From positions 5,043 to 68,731 of the forward strand of contig MQRK01217413.1 in the NCBI GenBank assembly GCA_001938485.1: a DNA stretch of 63,689 bases. The letters run 5' to 3'. Positions 1 through 12,637 of this stretch are shown here, piece after piece. Positions within the stretch are counted from its first letter, which is position 1. Each line of letters begins with the position of its first letter. Under the pieces are notes generated by a model. It was not told where the DNA came from, ran no database searches, and saw only the letters and a program-made list of their open reading frames with translations. Position numbers and translations under genes: made by a program. Source of the DNA: Girardia tigrina. Taxonomy: Eukaryota.

Positions 1-784
1 TGTGTTGTCTGTGAGTGTGTGTTGTTGTTGTTATGTTGAGTTGTGTTGTATTATGAAGTTGTTGTTTTATGTATTGTGTTGTGTTGTGAGTTTGTGTAGT
101 GATTGTTGTGAGGCGTGTTTCGTTTTGTTCTGACACCAGTTGTTGAGGACAGGTGTCCTCAATCTACGGAAATAGTAAGTCCATTATCAAACAATTTATT
201 TAACGAATTCCAATTGAATTTTGATAACTGGAAATTGTCGTCGTTGAGAATGATCGTCAAAAATATTCGAACTAAATCTGATAATTCGATGGATTTAAGA
301 ATTGATTTCAAACAGTCTTTATCGCGAAAGATTCTGCCGACGGAAATCAAAGAATCGACCACGAGATATTGAAGATAGAGATGGAGAAATTCCCGAGATC
401 GAAACTGTTAGTAGGGAGAATGAATTGCCTCAAGAAATGGGACGATTCTATGCGAGAATTGATAAAGAAAAGATCCGAATTTAACGAAAAGATTTAATGA
501 ATTTTCAATCAATATTTTTATTGATTGTTTTTATTTATATATAAATATTTTATATTTACATATGTACTTTTACAGCATTCATTGTGCAAATGATTCAGAA
601 CTTATAAATTATGGCATTGTTATATTAAAAGTTATAATTTAAGGAGTACAAAAAATTATAGAGTTTTATGTAGTCATAGAAGTCAACCCAGAATGATAGC
701 AGGAGTTAACTTTTTAGATAAATTTTGAAAAAAAACTAAAGAAGGAAACTATAGACTCGGGTGATATATGAATAATTGGAGGGT

Positions 785-1635
785 GGTCCGTAAATTCCTC
801 CCACGAATATTCCACCCACGAAAATTCCACCCAAGTAAATTCCACCCATGAAAATTAAAATTCCACCAAAAAATTAAGTTTTTTTAAATATTTCGTTAGT
901 ATAAATATGTACGGGATAAAGGAGGAAGCCAAATCTACAGTGCAGAGTTTATCAACACTTTCTCGGAAAATTCAAAACTAGAGGTGGGCGTCTTTGGGTA
1001 TTCCAGCTATTCCAATTTCTCGAACAGGATATGAAATTCCAGATTCTTTAAAATATCTAATCGATGGCTCACGTGTTTTGGCATATGACTCTGGGATCCA
1101 TGATAGAAATAGAATTTTAATATTTACTTCTGAGTCAGGCATTAATGATTTGTGTACAAATAAGAGATGGTCCTGTAACGGAACATTCAGCGCATCTCCG
1201 GATATTTGGTCTCAGCTTTTTACAATACATATCCTTATTAAAGAAAGAAGCTTCCCACGAGTCTTTGCTTTATTGCCAAATAAACAAGAAATAACACATC
1301 AAAGATTTTTTCGTGCAATTAGAGATTTGTGACAAGATTGTTAACCAGTAAAATGTATAATGGATTTTAAAATAGCTTTGCATAATGGATTCAAGTACGT
1401 TTTTAATGATGCTACAATTTTGGTTTTTTATTTCATTTAAGCCAGTCATGTTGGCGTAAAATTTGTGGTTTAGGAAAAAAGAATTTAGTACAATAATATA
1501 TTTACATTTGCACTTCAAATAAAATGCTTCAATGTATTTGCATTCCTACAATTACAGGATGTCATCAAAGGATTTGAACTTCTCTCAGATGATAACGATA
1601 TTCCAGCTGATTTTATAGCGTATATTAGAGATTCT
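785..1635 (+). mobile_element. Mutator-like (MULE) DNA transposon remnant, left end plus degraded transposase
   Basis: ORF 994-1332 has MULE motifs (WSCNGTF for W..DGTF, P..WSQLFTIH, PRVFALLPNK), continuing through frameshifts and stops. A 15-bp-period subterminal array lies at 791-850. Confidence 0.8.
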
Positions 1636-1636
1636 A

Positions 1637-2117
1637 TGGATATCGTTGGAATTATTACTATGAGATATTTCTGACATCAAAACTTTTATTATACCACACA
1701 AAAAAATGTTTAAATCTAATATTTAAACAAACTTATTATTTTTTTTGAGAAACAATTTGTTTTATATATCTTAAACCGATATTAATAAAATACTTATAAA
1801 TATACATATTTGCTTTTTTTATTTACTTTTATAAATTAATTTTAAATTACGATAACATTTTAAAATATTTAATCCTTTCATTTAATTTTATTAATTTTTT
1901 TTTAAAAATCGTTCCACATAAAAATTATACATTTTAATTTTTATATTATATTAAAAACTCTCAAAAACTTTTATTATTAGCAATTTAATTAATCTTCTTA
2001 ATTTTAGTAATTTTATTTTTTCAAACGTTACACATTTAATTATGTAAAAATTTTAATTTGTACATATTCAATATAACCTTCTTTCAAAAATTTTCATAGC
2101 ATTTTTAATTTCTAACA
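1637..2117 (-). mobile_element. LTR of Gypsy element A (3' LTR)
   Basis: Begins TG on the minus strand directly after a polypurine tract (2118-2129, AAAAGGGGGAA on minus). A close copy occurs at 44298-44676 plus 45950-46034. Confidence 0.75.
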
Positions 2118-4262
2118 TTCCCCCTTTTCTTTAAAATTTTTGAACTTTTCGACATTTCTTACTATTTGTTTTTTCATATCCTCCAGTTTATCCTCCAGTT
2201 TAAAACTCCTCTCATGAATTTTTTCTATGATGGTGTATGGTCCCTAATATCTGTCATCATCTTTATTTCTTATCTCTTTTTTTTACCCACACCTGATCTC
2301 CGATATTGAAATTTCGTCGTGTTTTTTCCGTCTGGATACTAGATGTTTTCGTCTGACGTGTTCATTTTATTGCTATACCACTTCAGCCTATCTATTTTTC
2401 TATTTAAAATGACTTCAGCCGGACTTCTTCCAATTGTTTTCTGGTGTGTTGTATTTAATGTGAATTCTACCTCTGGGAGCATATCAGCCAAACTCCTCTC
2501 CTTTCTTTCTTTTAAACTTGCTTGGATATACTCTCGTATCGTTCAGAATTGTCTTTCCACTATACTATTGGTGTTATGATGGTACGGACTAGAGAACACT
2601 AACTGATTACCTTGTTTTATCATTTATTCTTATACCTTCTGTGATTCAAAACTTTTCCAACAATCCACATGTATTTCCTTTGGAGCACCAAATTTTAATA
2701 TCCATTTTTTTCAAAATTGTTTGCATAATCGTCTGTTCATCTTGTCGTTTGATGGCTGTTAAAATGATATATTTGCTAAAATGATCAATCATGGCCATTA
2801 TATATTTTCTTTTCTTATTGTTTCTCTCCATGGGCCACATATATCGATGTATACTTTCTCAAACGGTTCAGATGATGTTATCTTGATTGTCTCTTCTTTA
2901 GTCTTCGACGTATCTGTTTTTGTTTGTTGACATTCTATAAAGTTCCAACTACTTCTTTCACTGTTTTGCTTTCCTCTTCCATATCAAATTTATCCTTTAA
3001 ATAATGGTAAACTTTTTCAGCTTCTGCATGACATAACAATCTGTGTGTCTGTGTGATTAATTCACTTCTTTTCTCTTTGGGTATCCATTCTCTGTGTTCG
3101 TCTTTTGCCTGACTTCTTGTTGTAACTGCTAATAATCGCGTTTTAAGTCCGTTTGATTTTGCGTCTTTATGTTGTATTTGACACTGGGTACATGTTTCAC
3201 ATTTGCTTCGAGACAACATATCTGCATTTCCATGTAATTCACCTTTTCTGTATACCATCTCTATATCCAAACTACTGAGATAATTAATCCATGCCTGGAA
3301 CTGGGCTGTTATTGGTTTTTTTGTATGTAACATAAAAGTGAGGGCTTTATGATCTGTCCTTATTTTAAATCTGTTCCCATATAAATAATGATTGAAATGT
3401 TGACAGAAATAATAAATGGCCAAAAGTTCTTTCCTAGTTATACAGTATCCTTTTTCATGAGCTCCCATCGAATGCGAGCTATAAGCTAATACATGTTCTC
3501 TTCCCGATTCGCCAACTTGTGATAGTACTGCTCATATACAATCAAAACTGGAATTCGTATCCAAACTAAACTCTTTATTGAAGTTCGGGAATGCTAAAAT
3601 TGGGGCTGTTATGGGGGATTTCTTTTGTATCGTTAAAAGCTAGTTCACATGAGTTTGTCCATACTAGTTTATCTTTATTCGATCCGCATAACCATTCTAA
3701 CGCCCTGGCCGTTTTGGAGTACCCATTTATGAATCGCCTATAGTAGCTACATATTCCCAGAAAACTTCTCAAATTCTTCATGCAGTTTGGTCTCTAGAAT
3801 CCTTCAATTGCTTTAATTTTATCTGGATCCGTGTGAATACCTTCTATATTTACTACATGTCCTAAGAATTTTACCTTATCCCTTAAAAATTAGCATTTAG
3901 ATGGTTTTATTCTTAAAATAGCTTTCTCAATTTGTTAGAAAACTTCCCCCAATACTTTATAATGTTCCTCTATGGTCTGAGTTGCTATCAAAATATCATC
4001 CATATATATTGAGGTTCCTTTCTTAATTGGTTGTAATACTTTTGTCATCAACTCCTAAAATGTCCCTGGCGCTGAAGCTATACCAAACGGCATTCTAAGG
4101 AAACAAAATTGACCACTTTTTGTAGAGAATGCTGTTTTTTCTTGCGATTCCTTTTCTAATTCTACCTGATAATATGCATTTCCTAGATCAATTGTGCTGA
4201 AATATTTTGTACCGTGTAGTTTGTCCATTAGTTCTTCCATATTTGGCATCGGGAAGGCTTGT
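2118..4262 (-). mobile_element. Ty3/Gypsy pol remnant A (RT-RNase H-integrase), pseudogenised
   Basis: RT motifs (FSTIDLGNAYYQV, KTAFST, RMPFGIASAPGTF), RNase H (RKELLA, TDHKAL, ADMLSR) and integrase (IDHFSKY) in Gypsy order, with many stops and frameshifts. Confidence 0.92.
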
Positions 4263-4457
4263 CGGGAAGAATGCCTTTTTGAATTACAGCGGCTTCAGCA
4301 ACTTTTCAAGAATTAATGGTGAAATTTCTGGGAGATTTGAATTGGAAAGAAGCAATCGTATATTTAGACAATATTTTGATTTTTCAAAAGATAGAGAAGA
4401 ACATCTTCAAAGAATACATAATGTATTTGAGAAAATTAAAGAATCCGGCTTGAGAAT

Positions 4458-5257
4458 TGTGATAACCTCACAGATTTCTTACACTCATGACAAAAGGCAA
4501 TCTTATTTTTCTTATCTCTTGTAAAGGTATTTGTATTTTTGGGTATGAGTTTAACAACCTTTTGTCTTTATGTAATTTACATTTTTCTTTTCGTTTGTGA
4601 TAAAAAGACATTCGATCTTACCTAATGCAATACTTTTAAATTTTCAAATGCCTTTCTGTTATGTAATAGTGCTTGATTATGTACCGACGAAATTTATTTT
4701 ATTTTTTGTATTTTTATTATTTTATTTTATTTATTTATTTGGGTTTATTTTATCTGAAAGAAGAAGGAAGTCAAGAAATTATAAGAAAGAGCGAAGGAAC
4801 TATATTATTTATATAATAGAAATTATATTATTGATTAACAGAAATTAATCAATAAAAAAATAATAAAGCAAACCAAGTAATTACTTACCGATGGATATCA
4901 GACTATTCTGCAAAATACTGGACTAATTATCAATCCCAGAGTTTTACCGAAATTTAATTGATTCACGGACAGTATTTGATGAATCTATCGTACCAACTTT
5001 GTTTCTATTGAACCGGTTATTACTGATTAAATTTTGCTAGTTATTATATGGGTTTTTTTGAGTTAACTATTATATCGTTATTGGCAATTGTTTGTACTGA
5101 CGTTCATAACGATTGAGTTAATCAAACAAGCCAAAGTACATATAGTGGTTGATTAGCTCAGTCAGACATCGTTTATAACTGATTTTTTTTACCTAAAAAC
5201 TGTTAAAACTTACTCTTTGGTCCTCATCGATTAGTGAACAAAGATTGAGTTTTACCA
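4458..5257. mobile_element. Solo LTR (800 bp) inserted in Gypsy B RT
   Basis: TG...CA termini with imperfect short inverted ends. 4-bp target duplication GAAT at 4454-4457 and 5258-5261. Confidence 0.85.
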
Positions 5258-6502
5258 GAATAAATCCAGAGAAATGTCAATTCCTAGTAGAAAAAACTAA
5301 ATTTTTAGGATGTCATAAGTAAAGAAGGTATTGAGACAGATAAAACAAAGATTGATGCAATTGGAAAATTTCAAAACCCATCATGCATCAAACATTTAAG
5401 AAGCTTTTTGGGTTTGACGAATTACTAGAGGAAATTCATAAAGGATTACGCTAGATATGCAAAAGTTTTATAAGGCTTATATAGTAAGATCAAGGATAAA
5501 AAACTGATTTAGACTGAAGAATGTGATGAAGCTTTTCAAAAATTAAAAGAAAGAATGATTAAGACACCAATTTCGGCATACCCTGATTTTTCCAAAGACT
5601 TTATACTCGATACAGATACAAGTTTTAATACAATAGGGGCTGTGCTATCACAGAAAGACATGTGTGGAAGAGAAAGAGTAATTGCATATAATTCTCATAA
5701 AATGAATAAACATGAACTTGGATATTACATAACAAGGAAAGAACTGCTTGCAATTTATTATTTCACTCAACATTTTAAACATTTTTTGTATGGGAAAAGA
5801 TTTTAGTGACGAATGGATCATAAAGCTATCACTTTTATGATGACTACGAAAAACCCTATTACACCACAGTTTCAAACATGAATAAATTTTCTGAGTGGTC
5901 TTGACATGAAAATAGAATATCGGAAAGGTGAGAAACATCCAAATACTGACGCGATGTCTAGAAATTCTTGCGACTTACGTAGCCAGTGTCAGACGATGCA
6001 TGAAGAAGCCAAGAAAGGAAAAATCAAGACGAGAATTATTTCATTGAACGAAGAGTTAGAGGGTTTCAAATGGCAAAAGAATAATGAAGAAATAAAACAA
6101 ATTGTTGAAGATATCAGAAAAGGGAAAACGAGGAAATGGACACCAAAAATGATATCGTGGTAACTCAAGATAATAAATACTGGATCCCAAAAGAAAAACG
6201 AACAGATTTTATTGAAGAGATGCACAAACTATTATGCCATGCTGGTAGTAAAAAGGTCTATAACTATCTTTGAGCAGATTTCAACATGGAAAATATGAGA
6301 AGTTTTATTAAGGAAATAAACCAAAGTTATTTAATTTGTCAAAAAAGAAAGACATTAACTGCGAAAACGAAAGAAAAACATATAAAGTTGTCGGCAGAGG
6401 AATCTTTCCAGAAAATATACATGGACTTCTGTGGACCATTCAAAAGAAACATAAACGGATATCAATACGTACTTGCAATAGTAGAAAAATTCAGTAGATA
6501 TA

Positions 6503-7802
6503 AGGTGTGTCCACTAAAAAAAGTGCAAAAGTTTTAAAACCATCATAACTTTTTAATTAGACCTTCAAATTGACGGAAATCTGAACAAAGACTAGATCAT
6601 AATAACACAATAACTATTTTATCATATCAAACTATTAAGGCCATAAGAGTTAGCAAGCATTATTCTTTGTCTAAAATTTGCAAATAATGTCCTAAAATAT
6701 AAATTGTTAAACTGCTTTGCTTTAGTTTTGATTCTGCCAATCAACTGGTCTTCACAATCGGCAGTCCAACCCTTTTCATACACCTCCTTTAAATGAGTCC
6801 AAAACTTTTCAATTGGGCGTATTTGGGGAGCACAAGGTGGATTCAAATCATTTTTGACAAATGGAATTTGTTGTCCTCTAAGCACTTCAGACTTGCTTTG
6901 GTGTAGTGACAAGAAGCAAGATCTGGCCAGAAGATGAAGTGACCAGCTGGGTATTTCTCATTCAGATAAGGAAGCAAACGCNTCGTTAAGCACTCGGAGA
7001 TATAAATATCCGAATTAGAAGCTACAGATTTCCATTTCCTGATGTACAGGTCTGAAATGCCTCGTCTGGAAACAGTTGCCCAAACCACAAATTTTATTGT
7101 GAATTTCTCTCGAAATTTAAGGCGAATATTATCAGGTACATCACCGAACTTCTTTTGGTCCACATAATAACCCGATGTCATTGCTCCGGTGAGTGTAAAA
7201 TACGACTCATCATCAATTACAAAGTCGGTTTTGGTCTTTTCCACAACAATTTTAGCGAGATTTTGCAACCTGGCTTTCTGGCGAATAATCTGCGTCGGAG
7301 TAACCTTTGGGGCTTCTTTCCTCTTTCGAAACACTATGTTATTAGTCTTGAACATCTTATGCACGTAAGACTTTGAAACATTCATTTCTCTACCTAACTT
7401 TCTCACACTTTGTCCAACAGTCAAAGTTGCACGCTTCAGAAGTCTCTTCCTTTTGTCTGACGTCATTTTAACAGGTTTCCTTCCACTTCCTACTTTTCTT
7501 TCAATGCTGCCGGTCTTCTCATAGCGTTGTATTATTGCATATATACCTCTTCTGGAAAAATGAATGCCAGTAAACTTTTACTGTGCGTTTTGAAAAAATT
7601 GATTATATCTTCATGCCGTTTTGAAATCATTATAATTGTCTCTAAAATAAAACATATTAAACCAAAAATTTTAAATACCTGCTTTACTATTTCTAACCTA
7701 TTAAAACAAATATTTAAATTCCAAATTTACGAAATTAAATAATATTACATTAAAAAGTTATGATGGTTTTTAAACTTGTGCACTTTTTTAGTGGACACAC
7801 CT
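6503..7802 (-). mobile_element. DD37E (TRT/ITmD37E) Tc1-mariner superfamily transposon, full length, frameshifted
   Basis: TIRs AGGTGTGTCCACTAAAAAA with TA duplication. Transposase motifs IDDESYF, WPDLASCHY and PQIRPIE, with 37 residues between the second D and E after correcting one frameshift. Confidence 0.92.
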
Positions 7803-7951
7803 TATTAGCCTGAATGCAGTTGCTAGTCAAGATGAAAAAACAGTTCGTAGAGTGAGATTGGACAAATGGATATGGATGTTCGGGACCTCTAAAATAAATC
7901 GATGTTGATAGAGGAAAAGCATTTGAATCAGCTTTGTTCAAAGATACAGTT

Positions 7952-8391
7952 TGTGAGGAATATTTTGAATGTTTGATGTTTTGTGGTAGAATGTGTATGT
8001 TGATTTGGAAATGTGTCTCTCCTATCCAGATTGCATGATTAATATTTGAATTCTTATTATCTAAAAATATGTTATGTTTGAATTTATTTTTAATTTCAAA
8101 TAATTTTACAATTTTAAATAAGTTAATTAGTTTTTACAATTTTTAGTAAATAAATCAAATTAATATTTTTTAAATAATTAATAATCATTTTAATTTCTAT
8201 CCAATAAGTTTTTAGTAAATATTTTATTAAAATATTTATTTTCCCATTCGCTAAAAAATAATAAGAATTAATTCATTAATCAATTTAGTTTATAATGCAA
8301 TCGTACGAAATCTTTGACAAAGATTGCCTTAAGGACAATCAAAATTGTTGTTTAAATAAAAATATGAAAAGTCAAATTGGTGTTCTTAATG
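7952..8391 (+). mobile_element. Short solo-LTR-like repeat, family copy 1
   Basis: TGTGAGGAATA...GTTCTTAATG with a 5-bp duplication CAGTT. Related copies at 11895-12427 and ~55470-55864. Confidence 0.75.
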
Positions 8392-8690
8392 CAGTTAAAA
8401 GGTTCAAAGTCGAGATAATCTATTCAAGTCCATATCATCATAATACAAATGGGAAAGTGGAAAGACAATTTCGAACAATCAGAGATGCTTTAAATATTAG
8501 AATGAAGGACGGAGACCACATAGATTTGACAGAAGTTTTGTCGGAAATAGAATTTATGTCGAATAGTACAGGTGTTTCACCGACTTAAAAAATATTTGGG
8601 GACGATTAAGACATTGGTGGAAGAACAATAAAGAAACTAACAGAAACTAAGTTAATGTCGAACAAAATGTTCAAGCGTTTTGAAATATAT

Positions 8691-9700
8691 AAAGTGCTGG
8701 CCAAATAGACCCGACCACTATGGTTTTTAGTCAGAAGTGTAATATCACTTCAATTTAATTATAAAGTGATTAAATTAAACGCAACAAACAAAGTTCACGT
8801 AAGTCAATGACACACTTTCGAAGAAACCAACAAGTAATTCAAATCAGAAATGTTTTCCTCCGGCTATATGGACATGTTCTATTCTTCGAGGCATAGAGGC
8901 AACAAGAGATTTACAGTAATCAGGTGTTGTTTTTTGGGACCATGCCTCTAGTAAAGTCTCCTTCAAAGTTTTCACCGAAGTCGAGTTTGCTTTCGCCACT
9001 TCTGCTTTCAATTTTACCCATTAATTTTCAATCGGGTTTAAATCCGGTGTTGAGCCAGGCCAAGGAGCAAAAACAACCATGGAATTCTGTTGAAGCCATG
9101 TCTTGATGATCTTTGTCTGATAAAATGGCGCGCTGTCATGCATAAAGATATGGCCGTTGCGAGTTTTGAGTCAAATAGGAGCATTTTCCTTTATTATTTG
9201 CAAATAATTAACAATTTTGAGTTTCATAATTTTAGGGCAATGTTTTACCGCTGGAGCAATTGTAACGTGTGTTTAGTGGCCATCGAACATTAATTTTATA
9301 GGTGGCAAATTGTTTCAACTGCGATTTATCTCTGAACATGACACGTCGTCAACATTGCTACGGTCCAATTTTATGTGCTTTACGAAATTTGAGGCTGTCA
9401 TTCGAGATACTAGAAACTCTTTTCTGATGTGAACTACTTGTTGGTTTCTTCGAAAGAATGTCATTGACATACGTGAATGTTGTTTGTTGCGTTTTATTCA
9501 ATCACGTTATCATTAAATGGAATTGGTATTGTGTTACTGTCTAAAAACCATAGTGGCGGATCTTTTTGGCCAGTACTGTATATCATGTGGAATGACGGTT
9601 ATAACTAACGCGAAATTTCACATATTTAATTGTACTATTTTAACTCTAACATTTCCGGTAAATTTGAAATTTATCTTTCATAGTCTTGCTGTATCAATTT
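8691..9700 (-). mobile_element. Highly degraded Tc1-like transposon
   Basis: Minus-strand fragments HIFMHDSAP and LVASMPRRIEHV..GG match the Tc1 DDE region and C-terminus. Confidence 0.6.
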
Positions 9701-10620
9701 AGTAGATATTTTTTTGAATAAACCAATGCCGAAATAAACACAGAAAATAATTAAAACAAAACAAATTCAGTTAATTTAAAAACAAAATTAGGATAATTTT
9801 CAAATCTTCGTTTTTGTCACGTACACCAATTCATAAATATCAAAAATAAATAAAGGAGATTTACAGTTGCATCATTTCTCGGCCGAGTAACAAATATACA
9901 AAATAATTTGTCTATTTGTTGATTGTGTATTGTTCTATTAATTTATTAAGGCAAACCAAAAGTTATTTCTGATTTTAAAAACAATTTAAACATCATTTTA
10001 TTAAAATTCCATACTATTGGATTGTTGTTGTTTTTATATGGACTTATTAAATTTAAATAACATATTAATCAGTAGGAATTTTTTATAAAATTTATTAGTT
10101 TATTTGTCAAAATTTGGAGTATTAATTTGTGGACTCAAAGGGGTTTGTCTACAATAGTTTAATAAATTTTAAAATTTACATAAAATACAGAAACTTTACC
10201 TTAAAATATGAGCATCGTTAACTATGGATTGCTTATTAATTCATTTGTATTTTTTTTTAAATTTTTAATAATTTTTCATAATTATGTTTTCATACTTATT
10301 TAATTAAATGATTTTTCAATGATTATAAATTATGTGGTATAATAATTTAAATAATTTCAATAATAATTTCAATAATCATAACCAACTTTAATAAAAAAAA
10401 CTAGAACAACATAAACTATGGAACTTTTTACAAAATATTATAAACTAAAAATATATTTTTATGTAATTATTACCTTAAAATTGGTATAAAATACTGATAA
10501 AAATTGAGTTATTTATTTTACTTTCCAAACACTTTTCAAAAAATAATATTACTTCACTAAATAAAAAAAATATTTTTACTAATTCAATTCAATTTTATAT
10601 TATAATTAATTTTATTTAAG

Positions 10621-10868
10621 GTAGCGATTTGTCTATTAAATCCATTTGGAAATGGCGAAGAAGATTTTCAGACGTCTGATATCTTAGATCAAAATCTCGA
10701 TGTTTGCTGGAGGTCTGGATGTGCTCTGGACGACAATTATCCAGATTTGTTAAGTCCACCTCTTTTCCATTTTAAAGTGACAGCACCAGCGAACGATTCT
10801 CTCAATTCTTTTATTTCCCTTTCTGAAGACGACGTAGCAGAAGCTGAAACGTTTATGGATGAAAAAAA
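10621..10868 (+). CDS. BEST: Bestrophin family anion channel, internal exon (post-TM4 and Ca2+-clasp region)
   Basis: AG acceptor at 10619-10620. Translation VAICLLNPFGNGEEDFQTSDILDQNLDVCW aligns with the bestrophin signature [29 protein letters not shown]. Probable GT donor at 10869. Upstream exons were not found in the window. Confidence 0.85.
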
Positions 10869-11894
10869 GTTAAATTATACTTTAATAACATATAAAATAA
10901 TATTCTTCTTGTGTAATTTACTTTTCAATTTAAGTATGTCTCCCACAATTTTTTAAAATTTTTTATTTTTGAAATTCTGTTTAAAAATTCGGTTAGTGAT
11001 ATATAACATTGATAACATTTGTAATCATATAATCAATGTGTAAACGCTATATTATTCCAATTGAGAGTATTTTTAATTGTTAGTTATTGTACAACTATGA
11101 CATAAACATTGCTTTCATATATAATATTGATTTATCGTTTCTCTCTGTAAATGACGGTTGATACGTCGAAATTGATTATCTTTAATCAGTATTATTCTTA
11201 TTGCTGAAGAATAAAATAACTGTCTTTCTCAAAAGATTTCACTGTTTATCTAAAATATAATAAAATTACTTCAGATCTTTAACTAAGGTTTATTCATCTT
11301 TCAAAGATTTAAAATATAATCTCGCAATAGTTAGAATAACATCCCAAAATAAAAACGCTATTCTATTTAAACTTAATTTAGGATGATTATTTATTGAAAT
11401 AAATCGTGTTTAATTCTTAAGTGTAATTTTATAGCATACGACTTATTTTTTAGACATCTTGTATCGCTATTTATCCTTCCGGTAGTTTGGTCTTCTATGC
11501 GTTCTATTTGTAACGTTCTATTAGGAATGCGTTCCACCAAATGTTTGAGATATACAAATCAGAACACAAAAATATTATAAATCATTTTATTTTTACTCAA
11601 AAGACGATTTTTTAAAACAAACAACAAAACAACTGATTATTTAAACAAAATTCTATACAAAAATTAATTGATATTTAGTTAATTAATTTTTGTTCAATTA
11701 ATTGATTTTTTCTTCCGGATGAGCGATACACAAGAAGCATTGAATAAATAAATTTAAAATCTGTTAAAAAAGTTGTGATCAGTCTCTGCATGCTGTGTAA
11801 GCAAATTTTATCGGTAAATGTGGGTACGACAATGATATTTGTCGATTTCCATTATCTTATTTAACATTTTGTCAATTTTATTCTAATTTATAAG

Positions 11895-12427
11895 TATTAA
11901 GAACACCAACAGGGGTTTTCAAACTTTTATTTTAAATACAATCAGAATTATCTTTTGGACAACTCTCAGCGAAACTCTCGTCATTCGACATCGTTCTAAA
12001 TTGATAATTTTTTGTTAATGTTTTTTAATAAACAATTATTCGAACAAATTTTTCATTATTTTCTGATTTTATTTTTACAGTTCAAATTTGGTAATTTTAG
12101 TATTAATTTTATTTACATATTAATTTTATTTAAAAAAATATTTTATTGAAAGAAGGAACATTTATTTAATTCAAAACTTAGTTAAACTATTTATTTTATT
12201 TAAATTTTAATATGAAAATTTGAAATGATTTAATATTTTTAATGTTTTTAAATATCTTATGCTGTGATTTAAAATGTAAATTATACTCGAATAATTATTT
12301 ATCATCGTGAACATCCAAAATATCAATTTTCCATCTGGGTGGGAGAAACACATTTCCAAATACTAAACTCAACATACAAAATTCAACAAACCAATTTCAA
12401 CATACCAAATTTAAAATATTCCTCACA
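11895..12427 (-). mobile_element. Short solo-LTR-like repeat, family copy 2
   Basis: Both ends match the reverse complement of 7952-8391. 5-bp duplication ATAAG at 11890-11894 and 12428-12432. Confidence 0.75.
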
Positions 12428-12637
12428 ATAAGCTGTTATTTTTATTATGCGTTGCAACCATTTAAAAAGATTTGGAATCACTTTTTTTCTTTAAAAGGAA
12501 AAGAATGGATATTTGTTTTTAGAAACTTACATCGATGAGAGGATGATTCCCTCTATTAACTTTAAGAATATTTATGATTAAATAGAGTCAATTTAGATTG
12601 ATTATTTAAATTTAAATACTAAAGGATAAAATAGAAA

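Larger units (their letters stand above)
4265..8640 (+). mobile_element. Ty3/Gypsy pol remnant B, interrupted by three nested insertions
   Basis: Removing the insertions restores GLRI/NPEKC, FSRY/ISLNAV and FKDTV/KRFKVE. Contains RNase H (DTDTSF, RKELLA) and integrase (YMDFCGP, SSPYHHNTNGKVER) motifs. Confidence 0.92.

Noticed and set aside
1-484. Short ORFs at the window start
   Set aside because: TG-rich low-complexity LTR-like sequence with no coding signal.
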